Source: Bacteroidales bacterium M5
GTDB lineage: Bacteria; Bacteroidota; Bacteroidia; Bacteroidales; Muribaculaceae
Direction: 5' to 3'
NCBI GenBank assembly: GCA_001689535.1
Contig: LUJP01000071.1
Span: 3,183 to 67,182, forward strand
Length of the DNA stretch: 64,000 bases
The notes under the pieces were generated by a model. The model saw nothing but the letters and a program-made list of their open reading frames with translations. It had not been told where the DNA came from and searched no databases. The translations under genes were made by a program, and so were the position numbers. Below, piece after piece: positions 48,325 through 57,941 of the stretch (positions are counted from its first letter, which is position 1; every line of letters starts with the position of its first letter).

Positions 48325-49307
48325 GACACTTCCGGCTGAATTTCACCCTCCTTCTCATCGCAGTTGCAGCTTTAGCGGCGGCGGCCACATGGCTGTACAA
48401 CGCGGGGCTGTGGCCTCAGGCCACCTTAGCCTCCGTGGCGGCTGCCGTATGCGCTGGCACGCTGGCACGGCTCGTTTGGAAACTCATTGACGTGATGTCC
48501 ACTTTCGTGAGCGCGCTGGAGATGAACGACACCACCCTGCAGTTCGACTTCGGCAACGCCGACGCCTCTCTCTGCGGCATGGCCTGCGCAATGAACCGCA
48601 TAGTGGAGATGTATCACGCCAACCTCCGCGAAATCGAGACAGGCAAGATATATTACGACCGCATACTCCGTGTAATGACCCACGAGATACGCAATTCCAT
48701 GACGCCCATCTCGGCGCTGGCTTTCGACATGGAGCGGAACCCGGAGAAATACAGCGGCGAGCAGCTCCGTGAAGCCCTCGGGGTGATAAGCGCGCAGAGC
48801 CGGGGCATAAAGCGCTTTCTCGACTCCTACCACAGCCTCACACACCTTCCCCCGCCGGAACGAGAGGAGATCCGTGCCACCGACTTTTTCCGACGCATCC
48901 GGCAATCGGCCGTAGCGGAAACAACCGAAAGAGGGTTGCCGGAGAACACATGCCGCTTTTCGGCCGGAAAAGAAATGAGGTTATGCATCGACAGCGCCCT
49001 CATTGGCCAGGCGATGATAAACCTTGTGCGCAACGCCCTCGACGCAGTCCAGAGCACCGAACGGCCCGAAGTCACGGTCACAGCCTCCGTATCCGACGGC
49101 CGTCCCTACATCACCGTGGCCGACAACGGCTGCGGCATGGACGCCCGTATCCGCGACTCCCTGTTCCAGCCCTTCGTCACCACCAAACCCGGCGGCAGCG
49201 GCGTAGGGCTCTGCCTCAGCAGCCAGATAGTAAGGCTCCACGGCGGCACCCTCCGCCTCCTCTCCACCTCCCCCTCCGGCACCACCTTCGCCATCACCCT
49301 CCCCTGA
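48321..49307 (+). CDS. Sensor histidine kinase
   Basis: THEIRNSMTPI H-box, NLVRNA, DNGCG, FVTTK, GSGVGL. Confidence 0.92.
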   Translation: MRHFRLNFTLLLIAVAALAAAATWLYNAGLWPQATLASVAAAVCAGTLARLVWKLIDVMSTFVSALEMNDTTLQFDFGNADASLCGMACAMNRIVEMYHANLREIETGKIYYDRILRVMTHEIRNSMTPISALAFDMERNPEKYSGEQLREALGVISAQSRGIKRFLDSYHSLTHLPPPEREEIRATDFFRRIRQSAVAETTERGLPENTCRFSAGKEMRLCIDSALIGQAMINLVRNALDAVQSTERPEVTVTASVSDGRPYITVADNGCGMDARIRDSLFQPFVTTKPGGSGVGLCLSSQIVRLHGGTLRLLSTSPSGTTFAITLP

Positions 49308-49390
49308 AGCCCATAAATCTTTGCAAGCGAAGGAGATTATTTGTGAGAAGAGCCCCAATCCGTTATATTTGCAGGATAATAGTTAATTTT

Positions 49391-50425
49391 ATGGCACTGA
49401 TAATTCCTGAGAAATATAAACAGAAGCTGCTGCCGGAAACTACGGAGGTGGCGATTAAGCAGATTAAAGATAGTTTTCAGACAGCACTGGCGGCCTCGCT
49501 GCGGCTGCGGAGGGTGACGGCTCCGCTTTTTGTGCTGTCGGGCACGGGCCTGAACGACGACCTCAACGGCGTGGAGCGCGCGGTGTCGTTTCCCGTGGTC
49601 GACATGGACGGAGCTACTGCCGAGGTGGTCCATTCGCTTGCCAAATGGAAGCGCGCCAAGCTGGCGGCCTACGATATCGCTCCGGGATTCGGCCTGTATA
49701 CTGACATGAATGCCATCCGCGCCTTCGAGGAGCTGGACAATATGCATTCGCTCTATGTTGACCAGTGGGACTGGGAGAAGACCATCACCCCTGCTGACCG
49801 TACTGTAACGTACCTGAAGGAGACGGTGAGAAAGATTTACAACGCCATGCTTGGAGTGGAAGCCGAGATTTATGAGCGGTTTCCGCATATAACGCCGGTG
49901 CTTCCACGCGAAATCACTTTCATCCACTCGCAGCAGCTTCTGGAGGAATATCCGGACTTTACACCGCAGCAGCGCGAGCGCGAGGCTGCACGTCGCTTCG
50001 GAGCCGTGTTCGTAATAGGAATCGGAGCACCGCTGTCGGACGGCCGTCCGCACGACCGCCGCGCTCCCGACTACGATGACTGGAGCACTCCCAACGAGGA
50101 TGGTTTTACAGGATTGAACGGCGATCTGATAGTGTGGGATCCGGTGCTTGATACTTCCATGGAGCTTTCATCGATGGGCATACGCGTTGACGCTGAGGCC
50201 ATGCGCCGTCAGCTTGAGATGTGCGGTTGTCCCGAACGGGCGTCGCTGCGGTTCCACAGCATGCTCCTTGGCGGAGAGCTCCCATTGTCGATAGGCGGAG
50301 GCATAGGGCAGAGCCGCCTGTGCATGTTCCTGCTGCAGAAAGCGCATATAGGCGAGGTCCAGGCCTCCCTCTGGCCCGAATCGCAAATCAAAGCCTGCGC
50401 CACCGCCGGCATCACGCTGATTTAA
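49391..50425 (+). CDS. asnA: Aspartate-ammonia ligase
   Basis: NDDLNGVE, VHSLAKWKR, YVDQWDWE, RAPDYDDW, GGGIGQSR. Real start MALIIP at 49391. Confidence 0.96.
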   Translation: MALIIPEKYKQKLLPETTEVAIKQIKDSFQTALAASLRLRRVTAPLFVLSGTGLNDDLNGVERAVSFPVVDMDGATAEVVHSLAKWKRAKLAAYDIAPGFGLYTDMNAIRAFEELDNMHSLYVDQWDWEKTITPADRTVTYLKETVRKIYNAMLGVEAEIYERFPHITPVLPREITFIHSQQLLEEYPDFTPQQREREAARRFGAVFVIGIGAPLSDGRPHDRRAPDYDDWSTPNEDGFTGLNGDLIVWDPVLDTSMELSSMGIRVDAEAMRRQLEMCGCPERASLRFHSMLLGGELPLSIGGGIGQSRLCMFLLQKAHIGEVQASLWPESQIKACATAGITLI

Positions 50426-50521
50426 CCGAATAGAACTTAGGCAAGATTTATAAATCTTATACGAATTATTTTTATAATTCCATAATTTTATGCACTTTTA
50501 CGCCAAATTGCACCATCATCT

Positions 50522-51070
50522 ATGAGCAACCGGTTTCTAAGAATCAGCGGGGACTATACCGATTGGAATATCTATAGGAAATCGGTAGTGATATGCGATG
50601 TCACAGAAATGTTCATAAATCGGGCATTACCCAAAGGGTCGCGAACAATCGACCAGATGCGTCAGGCAGCCCGTTCATGCAAGCAAAATATAGTGGAAGG
50701 AGTGAGCGACTCTACAGTTTCGGCCGAAATGTGCATCAAGCTTCTCGGCGTGGCGCGCGGCTCAGTGCGTGAACTTCTTGAAGATTATGGAGACTTCCTG
50801 CGCCAGAATGAATTGGAGATATGGCACGCCGATGACGAGCGAACACTCAGCACACGGAGATACTGCATCAATAACGACAATCCACGCGATTTTGTCGTGA
50901 AATGCTGGGAACGAAGCGATGAGACCGTAGCCAACATAATGCTCACCCAAATACGCCAAATCGACGCAATGTTAGCCAAGCTACTGAAGAAAATAGAAGT
51001 TGAGTTTATAGCACAAGGCGGCATTAAAGAGGCCATGTCAAAAGCTCGTCGCAACAGCAGAGGATATTAA
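50522..51070 (+). CDS. Four-helix-bundle protein with suffix domain (23S rRNA IVP/Avd-like family)
   Basis: RTIDQM.QAARSCKQNIVEG, KLLGVARGS..ELLEDY.DFL, F...GGIKE.M..AR. Confidence 0.88.
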   Translation: MSNRFLRISGDYTDWNIYRKSVVICDVTEMFINRALPKGSRTIDQMRQAARSCKQNIVEGVSDSTVSAEMCIKLLGVARGSVRELLEDYGDFLRQNELEIWHADDERTLSTRRYCINNDNPRDFVVKCWERSDETVANIMLTQIRQIDAMLAKLLKKIEVEFIAQGGIKEAMSKARRNSRGY

Positions 51071-51240
51071 AAGGCCATCGGGAACTAAGTTTTATAAGTC
51101 TTATAAGATTTATACGATTTATAAAAATAAAATACCATTCGTCTCGCAGGCAAAGAGAAGCGGGAGAAGCGCACCACGTAGATGCATTCATCCTCCCGCA
51201 GGGTATGGCGGCATAAAACCGCTTGTCTTACGGCCTGTCA

Positions 51241-51405
51241 TCAGCCGAGCTTGTCTTTTATAAATTCGGTGGCTTTCTCTTTTACCGTCTCTATTACTTC
51301 CTTACCTTTATCGGTGCTGATAAACTCTGTGGCTTTTTCTACCACTTCTTTCACGGTGTCGTTGTCCATAAGGTCCGCAGCCTTATCTTTGAGATCTTCA
51401 AACAT
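51241..51405 (-). CDS. 54-aa small charged helical protein, absent from the ORF track
   Basis: MFEDLKDKAADLMDNDTVKEVVEKATEFISTDKGKEVIETVKEKATEFIKDKLG*; A-rich leader (ctaaaaacagaaacc), double stop TGATGA, internal EKATEFI repeat. Confidence 0.75.
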   Translation of the reverse strand: MFEDLKDKAADLMDNDTVKEVVEKATEFISTDKGKEVIETVKEKATEFIKDKLG

Positions 51406-51541
51406 GGTTTCTGTTTTTAGGGGGTTATTTCAGACGTAAAGACAATCGGAGCGCCCAAAGCGTTCACGCCTTAAACAAACATTAACTAAACGCCCCTATA
51501 ACCATGTATATCTTATTTCTGCCGGTTAAAGGTTAAAGCGG

Positions 51542-52183
51542 TTATTTGCGGCCGAAGTCGGCGGGGATTTCGCCCCATTTTTCGGTGTTCCATTTCTGGA
51601 TGGGATTGACGGGGCGGTGGGTCTGGAGCCAGGCTTCGGCGCGGTGAAGCATGTCCATTATCTTGGCGTTGCGGGCATTGGGGGTGATGGCGGTCTTGGC
51701 ATGGCGGTTGCGCACCCATGCAAGGGCGGTGCGGCTGTCGGTGTAGATGGTCACATTGGGTCGTCCCTGCTTTTCGAGAAGCGCCAGGGCATGGACCAGA
51801 GCGAGAAATTCGCCTATGTTGTTTGTTCCGCCCGGAAGCGGGCCTACGTGGAATATGCGTGTGCCTGTGTTGATGTCCACGCACTGATATTCAACCGGGC
51901 CGGGATTGCCGGAGCATGCGGCGTCGACGGCTATCGACCCCGGAGCAATTTCGGGAATGGCCGCATAATTCACCACCTGTGGCTGTCTTTTGGCCATAGA
52001 GCGGAACACTTTCAGATAATCGTCGGGATTGCCGCGATAGGCCTCCACAGCCTCGGTCTGCGAGTCGAAGCTTTTATACCGGGCACCGGGAAAATTCTCC
52101 ACCTGCAGCCGGGCGTCATCCCAATTATCGTAGATTCCGGTCTCGTGGCCGGCCCACACCACATAGAATTTGCGTCGTGCCAT
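51542..52183 (-). CDS. rnhA: Ribonuclease HI with N-terminal hybrid-binding (viroplasmin-like) domain
   Basis: KFYVVW.G...GIY..W, VDAACSGNPG, TNNIGEFLA, YTDS, WGEIPADFGRK. Confidence 0.93.
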   Translation of the reverse strand: MARRKFYVVWAGHETGIYDNWDDARLQVENFPGARYKSFDSQTEAVEAYRGNPDDYLKVFRSMAKRQPQVVNYAAIPEIAPGSIAVDAACSGNPGPVEYQCVDINTGTRIFHVGPLPGGTNNIGEFLALVHALALLEKQGRPNVTIYTDSRTALAWVRNRHAKTAITPNARNAKIMDMLHRAEAWLQTHRPVNPIQKWNTEKWGEIPADFGRK

Positions 52184-53397
52184 CAGGAAAGCGTCAGGAA
52201 AAGGTTGATATCGAAATGTCTTACGCCCGCTTTTGCGGCAATCGTGGAGTCGACAGCCTTACCCATGAACGTGAGGGCGGCGCACTGAAGCCCCGGCTGG
52301 AGCTTGAGGGCGTTGAGCGTGCCTTCGGTGTCTATGAGAGGCCGAAGCATGGTTATGAACGTGTTGCTCAGAGCCATGGCCGCAGTGCGTGGCACGTAGC
52401 TTCCGGCGTTGACGTAGCAGGCGCGTGTAGGCTCGGTTGGAGCCACGTCGCATGGGCGCACCTCGGCCAGGTCTATGGCCGGAAGCGACGGGAAAGTCTT
52501 GCCACAGTCGTCGGAGAGGTCAAACACCACCACGCCTCGTTTCATCTCGGCCACCTCGTCGGCGCCGAACACGGGCCGGGGCGAGACGTCGGTATAGATA
52601 ACCACGTCGGCCGAACGAAGAGCGTTGGCCACCACCCGCGGATGCAGGGCCGATGCCACCACTCCCTGCCCGAGTTCGCGGCAAGCCTCGCGCAGACGGT
52701 AAACGTCGTGGTCGAAAAGCCTCACGAGCGCTCCGGCTCCCGAAGCCGACCGGGCGGCCGAACAACCGGCGATGCCGGAGCCGATCACCGTTACCTCACA
52801 GGGCACCACGCCGGCAACACCCCCAAGAAGAATACCCTTGCCGTGGACCGAATCGGCCAGCAGTGACGACGCGCGCGCTATCGCAGCCCGTCCGGCAAGC
52901 TCGGCAAGCACGTCGGCAAACGGGCGGTTCCCGCGCTCATCCTCAATCATGTCGATGGCTATGGTGAGTATATTGCAGTCGAGCAGAGTGCGCACCTCCT
53001 CGCGCGTCACACGGCAGAAATTGCTCAGGGTAAGCAGCATGCCGCCTCGGCGCATCATGCGTATGTCGGACAGCGCAGGGGGAGCGAGACTCACCACTAT
53101 GTCGCATTCCAGAGCCTCGCGACGCGAGCACATTTCCGCTCCGCACCGGCTATAGGAAGCATCCGGATAATGGATCACCGTAGCGGCACCCTCCTCCATT
53201 TTTACTCTGAAACCAAGCTCTATGAGCAGCCTCGCGCCCTCGGGCGTTAACGGAAAGCGGCGCTCCGAAGGATGGTTGCATCGTGGCAGACCGATGGTGA
53301 GGGCGCGGCGGCGCGATTTCACGGCCGCGGGTTCCTCGAGGGTTTCATGTGCGCAACCGATTCCGGCCGCTGATTGAGGGGTCTTTTCGGGAGTCAT
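52183..53397 (-). CDS. Alanine dehydrogenase/PNT-family protein, divergent
   Basis: IGLP..ERRFPLTPEG, GKGILLGGVAGV, VIGSGIAG, VPRTAAMALSN. Start moved to 53397. Confidence 0.78.
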   Translation of the reverse strand: MTPEKTPQSAAGIGCAHETLEEPAAVKSRRRALTIGLPRCNHPSERRFPLTPEGARLLIELGFRVKMEEGAATVIHYPDASYSRCGAEMCSRREALECDIVVSLAPPALSDIRMMRRGGMLLTLSNFCRVTREEVRTLLDCNILTIAIDMIEDERGNRPFADVLAELAGRAAIARASSLLADSVHGKGILLGGVAGVVPCEVTVIGSGIAGCSAARSASGAGALVRLFDHDVYRLREACRELGQGVVASALHPRVVANALRSADVVIYTDVSPRPVFGADEVAEMKRGVVVFDLSDDCGKTFPSLPAIDLAEVRPCDVAPTEPTRACYVNAGSYVPRTAAMALSNTFITMLRPLIDTEGTLNALKLQPGLQCAALTFMGKAVDSTIAAKAGVRHFDINLFLTLS

Positions 53398-53933
53398 GAT
53401 TTGCAGGGTATGTTGAAAAGGGTGGTGAATTCTTTCACTGACTGCTGGATCTGCGGCAGGCTGTCGAGACGGTCGGCGCAAAACGTGGCCACAGCCCGGC
53501 TGTACCAGGGATTACGGCGCTCAAGTTCGGCGGCGATATAAGCGCCCAGCGCTTCGTCGTCGAGGTCGCGGATCAGCGGGCGGCGGTGCCGTCCTTTTTT
53601 CAGCCGCTCGAGCAGCCGCGGATGAGAGGCGTCGAGCCTCACGGTGAGTCCGCGGGAGTTCATGAACTCCATATTGTCGAACCAGCACGGCGTTCCGCCG
53701 CCGCAGGCCACAATCACGTCCTCGAACTCGGCAACCTCACGGAGCATGCGCCGCTCCATGTCGCGGAAACGGTCCTGACCCTCGCGGGCGAAAATCTCCG
53801 AGACATTTGCGTGGAAACGCGCCTCGATATAAGCGTCGAGGTCGATATATTCAAGCCCCGTGGCGCGCGACAATGCCTTGGCAAGCGTAGTCTTGCCGCT
53901 GCCCATGAATCCAATAAGAAAAATCGGCCTCAT
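53394..53933 (-). CDS. aroK: Shikimate kinase
   Basis: IGFMGSGKTT, IDLD, FRDME, ACGGGTP, RPL. Confidence 0.95.
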   Translation of the reverse strand: MRPIFLIGFMGSGKTTLAKALSRATGLEYIDLDAYIEARFHANVSEIFAREGQDRFRDMERRMLREVAEFEDVIVACGGGTPCWFDNMEFMNSRGLTVRLDASHPRLLERLKKGRHRRPLIRDLDDEALGAYIAAELERRNPWYSRAVATFCADRLDSLPQIQQSVKEFTTLFNIPCKS

Positions 53934-54071
53934 AACGTTTTCTACAGAAATCCTTTCAGTTCTTTTCAGCAAAGATAACGCTTTTGCGCGGCATTGCCCT
54001 CCAAACCGTTCTTATTTTGCAAAGAAAGCTTAATTCAGGAAGTGCGGGGAGAATATGTGGAATTTTAATAG

Positions 54072-54079
54072 TACCTTTG
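54072..54079 (+). promoter_or_regulatory. Bacteroidetes -7 promoter element upstream of the fucosidase operon
   Basis: TACCTTTG matches TAnnTTTG. Confidence 0.45.
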
Positions 54080-54183
54080 CCTTTGAAGTGCAAATCTGCG
54101 CGTTGCGGAGATACGGCCATATCCGGTACGATTATTTCTCCGCGCCCAAAGCCGATTTTTTTTAACCAATCATACACCACACC

Positions 54184-55569
54184 ATGAACCTTAAAACCAT
54201 CCTTCTGTCTGCTGCCATAGCCTCCGGCGCCGTGGCGGGGGCAGCTGAATCAGTACCATTCTCCGAAACGCCCGAGCAGAAAGCCGAACGCATGCAGTGG
54301 TTCGGCGACGCCAAGCTGGGTATCTTTATCCACTGGGGAGTGTACTCCAAAGGAGAGACCTCCGAAAGCTGGGCCTTCCACAACGGCCACATCTCGCTGC
54401 CCGACTACATGAAGCAGTCAGAGGCTTTCACCGCCGCCAACTACGACCCCGAATACTGGGCCAAACTCATCAAGGAAAGCGGTGCAAAATACACCGTCAT
54501 CACCACAAAGCACCACGACGGCTTCGCTCTCTGGGACACCAAGGCCGGTAAGGTAAGCTCCGTGAAATCGTCGCCCGCCAAGCGCGACGTCATCGCCCCC
54601 TTCGCCAAAGCCGTGCGCGACCAGGGTCTGAAACTGGGCTTCTACTACTCCCTAATCGACTGGCCCGACCCCGACTATCCCGAGACCTACCGCGACAAAG
54701 CTCCTAAATACGACCTGAACAAAGAGCCCAAACGCTGGCAGAAGTTCGTGAACTTCAACAAAGCCCAACTCACGGAGCTCAGCTCGAAATGGAACCCTGA
54801 CCTCTACTGGTTCGACGGCGACTGGGAGCACTCTTCGGAGCAGTGGGACGCCCCCGGCATCATCTCCCTGCTTCACAGCTACAACCCCGGCGTGATTGTG
54901 AACTCACGCATCCAGGGCCACGGCGACTACGACACTCCTGAACTCGGTGTGCCCGTGACCCGCCCCGAAGCACAGTGGTGGGAGACATGCATGACCTCCA
55001 ACGACTCGTGGGGCTACCGCAAGACCGACACAAACTTCAAATCATCCAAGACCGTAATCAAGATGCTCGCCGACTGCATTGGCATGGGCGGCAACCTGCT
55101 TCTCGACATAGGCCCCAAAGCCGACGGCACCATTCCTGAAGAGCAGGTACAGATTCTCAAAGACCTCGGCCGCTGGACCTCCAAGCACGCCGAAGCCATC
55201 TACGGCACCCGCGCAGGTATTCCCGCCGGACACGTGCAGGCCTATACCGCACTCAACAAGAAAGGCGACATTCTCTATCTCTACCTCCCCTACGTGCCCA
55301 ATGAAGCCGTGGAGCTCAAGGGCCTCAAAAGCTATATCAAGAAAGCCCGCGTGGTAGGAACCGACAAGGAACTTACCTGGAACCTCTACAACGACGTTTC
55401 CTGGGGCGTGGCCGCCGGCTGCTACTACATCAACGTGCCCGCTGAAGTGTGCGACCCCGACATGACCGTGATAGCCCTTGAACTCGAAGAGCCCGTGAAG
55501 CTTTACAGCGGCGCAGGTCAGGTGATGACCTTCAACGACATGGAATCAGAAGACAAAAAGAAAAAATAA
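54184..55569 (+). CDS. GH29 alpha-L-fucosidase
   Basis: KLGIFIHWG, TTKHHDGF, YYSLIDW, WFDG, WETC.T..SWGY, GGNLLL.IGP. Confidence 0.95.
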   Translation: MNLKTILLSAAIASGAVAGAAESVPFSETPEQKAERMQWFGDAKLGIFIHWGVYSKGETSESWAFHNGHISLPDYMKQSEAFTAANYDPEYWAKLIKESGAKYTVITTKHHDGFALWDTKAGKVSSVKSSPAKRDVIAPFAKAVRDQGLKLGFYYSLIDWPDPDYPETYRDKAPKYDLNKEPKRWQKFVNFNKAQLTELSSKWNPDLYWFDGDWEHSSEQWDAPGIISLLHSYNPGVIVNSRIQGHGDYDTPELGVPVTRPEAQWWETCMTSNDSWGYRKTDTNFKSSKTVIKMLADCIGMGGNLLLDIGPKADGTIPEEQVQILKDLGRWTSKHAEAIYGTRAGIPAGHVQAYTALNKKGDILYLYLPYVPNEAVELKGLKSYIKKARVVGTDKELTWNLYNDVSWGVAAGCYYINVPAEVCDPDMTVIALELEEPVKLYSGAGQVMTFNDMESEDKKKK

Positions 55570-55575
55570 CCAGCC

Positions 55576-57624
55576 ATGAAAAGAATTCTCACAGCTGCGC
55601 TAACTGCTGCCGTAGCTGCCGCTGCCTGGGCAGTAACCCCGCTTGTAGACAAATATGAGGCCCGTCTTACCGAGCCCCGCCTCTACGACGCGTTCCGCAC
55701 CACCGGAAAAATTAAAATCGACGGTAAACTCAACGAGGCCGACTGGGCCAAGGCCGTTCCCACACAGCCGTTCGTCGACATTCGCGGCAAGGGATATCCA
55801 GAACCCGTAAAAGCCACATGGGCCAAGATGATGTGGGACGACGAAAACCTTTACATTGGTGCCCGCCTCGTGGAGGACAACGTGATTGCAAAGCTCTCGC
55901 AGCGCGACACCATCATATACCACGACAATGACTTCGAGGTGTTCATCGACCCCGACGGCGACGGTCAGCACTATTTCGAGATTGAGAACAACGCCAAAGG
56001 CGTGGTGTTCGACCTCATGCTCGACAAGCCTTACCGCTCGGGAGGCAGCTTCTTCGTGCCCTGGGACTGCCAGGGGCTCCAGCTGGCCACCTGGGTGGAC
56101 GGAACACTCAACAAACCATCGGACACCGACAAGGCATGGTATGTGGAAATGGCCATACCCTTCAAGGCCCTTACACGCGACTTCACCGACCCGCGCTCGC
56201 TCAAGACCTGGCGCATCAATTTCTCGCGCGTTGAATGGCTCATTCCCGGCCAGCCCGAGGAGAACTGGGTATGGAGCCCCACAGGCCTCGTGGACATGCA
56301 CATGCCCGAGCGCTGGGGATTCCTCCGCTTTGTCGACGCTCCTGTGGGCAGCGCGCAGGCCGCACATGACCTCACGCTCGACATGGATGCCTACCGCCTG
56401 ATCTGGGCCCTCTTCTACGCTCAGCTCGACGCACGCAACAAGCCCAACGGCTTCATACGCACTGCCGATGACTTCATGCTCACCGACAAAGACAAGGCTC
56501 TTCTGCCCCAAGGCGGCGAGATTTCGGTGGACGCCAGCAACTCGACTTTCAACCTCGCTGTCACCGTGCCCTCCCGCAAGGAAATTTACCATCTTGACCA
56601 GAACGGAAAATTCACCATCTCGGCCGAAAAACCCCGCGTGGTAAAGAACTGGGCATGGACCGGCTTCCCGAAAGACCGCACCAACGAGCAGTGGTCGGAA
56701 TGGTTCAAGAAACTTCACGACGCCGGCATAAGCGCAGTGCTCTTCGAGGGCTACAACGAAGACGTGTACCGTCTCTGCAAGGAAGCCGGACTCGAGGCCC
56801 ATTACTGGAAATGGACCATGAACCGCGGCGAGCTCATGGACAAGCATCCCGAATGGTATGCCGTGAACCGCAAAGGCGAATCGTCGTTCGACAAACCCGC
56901 CTACGTGGGCTACTACCGCTTCCTCTGCCCCTCGCGTCCCGAAGTGGCCGAGTATCTTGCCGAGGACTACATAAAATGCGCCAACCTCCCCTACGTTGAC
57001 GGCATGCACCTGGACTACATGCGTCTCCCCGACGTGATTCTTCCCGTGAGTCTCTGGAAAAACTACGGCATAGAGCAGACCAGCGAGCATCCTGAATATG
57101 ACTACTGCTACTGCGAGGTGTGCCGCGCCAAATTCAAGGAGAAGACCGGCCGCGACCCGCTTGAAGTGCAGTTCCCCATGGAAGACCAGTCGTGGATCAA
57201 CTTCCGCCTCGACGCCCTCACAAACGTGGTGAAAACCATCGCCGACCGTGTTCACAGCGAAGGCAAGTTCCTCTCATCAGCTGTGTTCCCCGGCCCCTCG
57301 ATGGCCAAGCGCATGGTTCGTCAGGACTGGGGCAACTGGAACCTCGACGCCTACTTCCCCATGATCTACAACGGATTCTATAATGAAGGTCCCGAATGGA
57401 TAGGACGCTCCGTCGACGAGGGCGTGAAAGCTCTCCGCGGCCGCGGCAAACTCTATTGCGGCGTGATGGCTCCCGACATCCAGGGCGAGGATTTCGTCAA
57501 GGCTCTTGACGAGGCCTACGGCCACGGAGCCGCCGGCATCTCCTTCTTCGCCGGACCCGACGACACCCAGCTCCGTCAGCTCAAAGACTACATGAAGAAG
57601 CACAACCTAGTGCCCGCCAACTGA
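55576..57624 (+). CDS. CBM9-like domain fused to a GHL10-like glycoside hydrolase domain
   Basis: IDGKLNEADW, WDDENLY, DNDFEVFIDP, WRINFSR, HMPERWG; C-terminal HPEW, LCPS, GMHLDYMR, VRQDW, PMIY. Confidence 0.8.
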   Translation: MKRILTAALTAAVAAAAWAVTPLVDKYEARLTEPRLYDAFRTTGKIKIDGKLNEADWAKAVPTQPFVDIRGKGYPEPVKATWAKMMWDDENLYIGARLVEDNVIAKLSQRDTIIYHDNDFEVFIDPDGDGQHYFEIENNAKGVVFDLMLDKPYRSGGSFFVPWDCQGLQLATWVDGTLNKPSDTDKAWYVEMAIPFKALTRDFTDPRSLKTWRINFSRVEWLIPGQPEENWVWSPTGLVDMHMPERWGFLRFVDAPVGSAQAAHDLTLDMDAYRLIWALFYAQLDARNKPNGFIRTADDFMLTDKDKALLPQGGEISVDASNSTFNLAVTVPSRKEIYHLDQNGKFTISAEKPRVVKNWAWTGFPKDRTNEQWSEWFKKLHDAGISAVLFEGYNEDVYRLCKEAGLEAHYWKWTMNRGELMDKHPEWYAVNRKGESSFDKPAYVGYYRFLCPSRPEVAEYLAEDYIKCANLPYVDGMHLDYMRLPDVILPVSLWKNYGIEQTSEHPEYDYCYCEVCRAKFKEKTGRDPLEVQFPMEDQSWINFRLDALTNVVKTIADRVHSEGKFLSSAVFPGPSMAKRMVRQDWGNWNLDAYFPMIYNGFYNEGPEWIGRSVDEGVKALRGRGKLYCGVMAPDIQGEDFVKALDEAYGHGAAGISFFAGPDDTQLRQLKDYMKKHNLVPAN

Positions 57625-57647
57625 TTCCTGACTCGGAACAGACATAT

Positions 57648-57688
57648 AAGCGGGTGTATCGAATCTCATCAATTTGATACACCCGCTT
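57648..57688. terminator. Terminator hairpin between convergent genes
   Basis: aagcgggtgtatc...gatacacccgctt, a 13-bp perfect stem. Confidence 0.75.
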
Positions 57689-57704
57689 CGTTTATATAAT
57701 GAGT

Positions 57705-57923
57705 TTATCCGTATTTTTGCAGAATAAAGATTACAAGCATGGCTATTACACATACGGCTAAACTTACCACCCTTATTATATTCATAAAATGTTTAGCATA
57801 TTTGTCATCAGAAAACTTGCTATTAGCTTTCTTTGCTTGCCATATCGAATACAGCCTGCCCAGAGGAATAATAAGTAGTCCTATCGCAAATAGTATAATT
57901 GCAAACGAAACCATATCGATCAA
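57705..57923 (-). CDS. Small two-TM membrane protein (candidate immunity protein)
   Basis: 72 aa with two hydrophobic helices and a Lys-rich loop; 18 nt downstream of the lipoprotein gene. Confidence 0.6.
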   Translation of the reverse strand: MIDMVSFAIILFAIGLLIIPLGRLYSIWQAKKANSKFSDDKYAKHFMNIIRVVSLAVCVIAMLVIFILQKYG

Positions 57924-57941
57924 TCAGTTAAATTAAGAATT

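Noticed and set aside
48950..49390. 147-aa N-terminal extension on asnA suggesting a fusion
   Set aside because: It overlaps the kinase in another frame and reads as low-complexity Arg/Pro/His. The real start is ATG 49391, after a TATATTTG promoter-like motif.
50522..51070. Diversity-generating retroelement suggested by the Avd-like gene
   Set aside because: No reverse transcriptase and no template/variable repeat pair are visible.
55600..57255. 551-aa minus-strand ORF
   Set aside because: Antisense to the strongly codon-biased CBM9/GHL10 gene.
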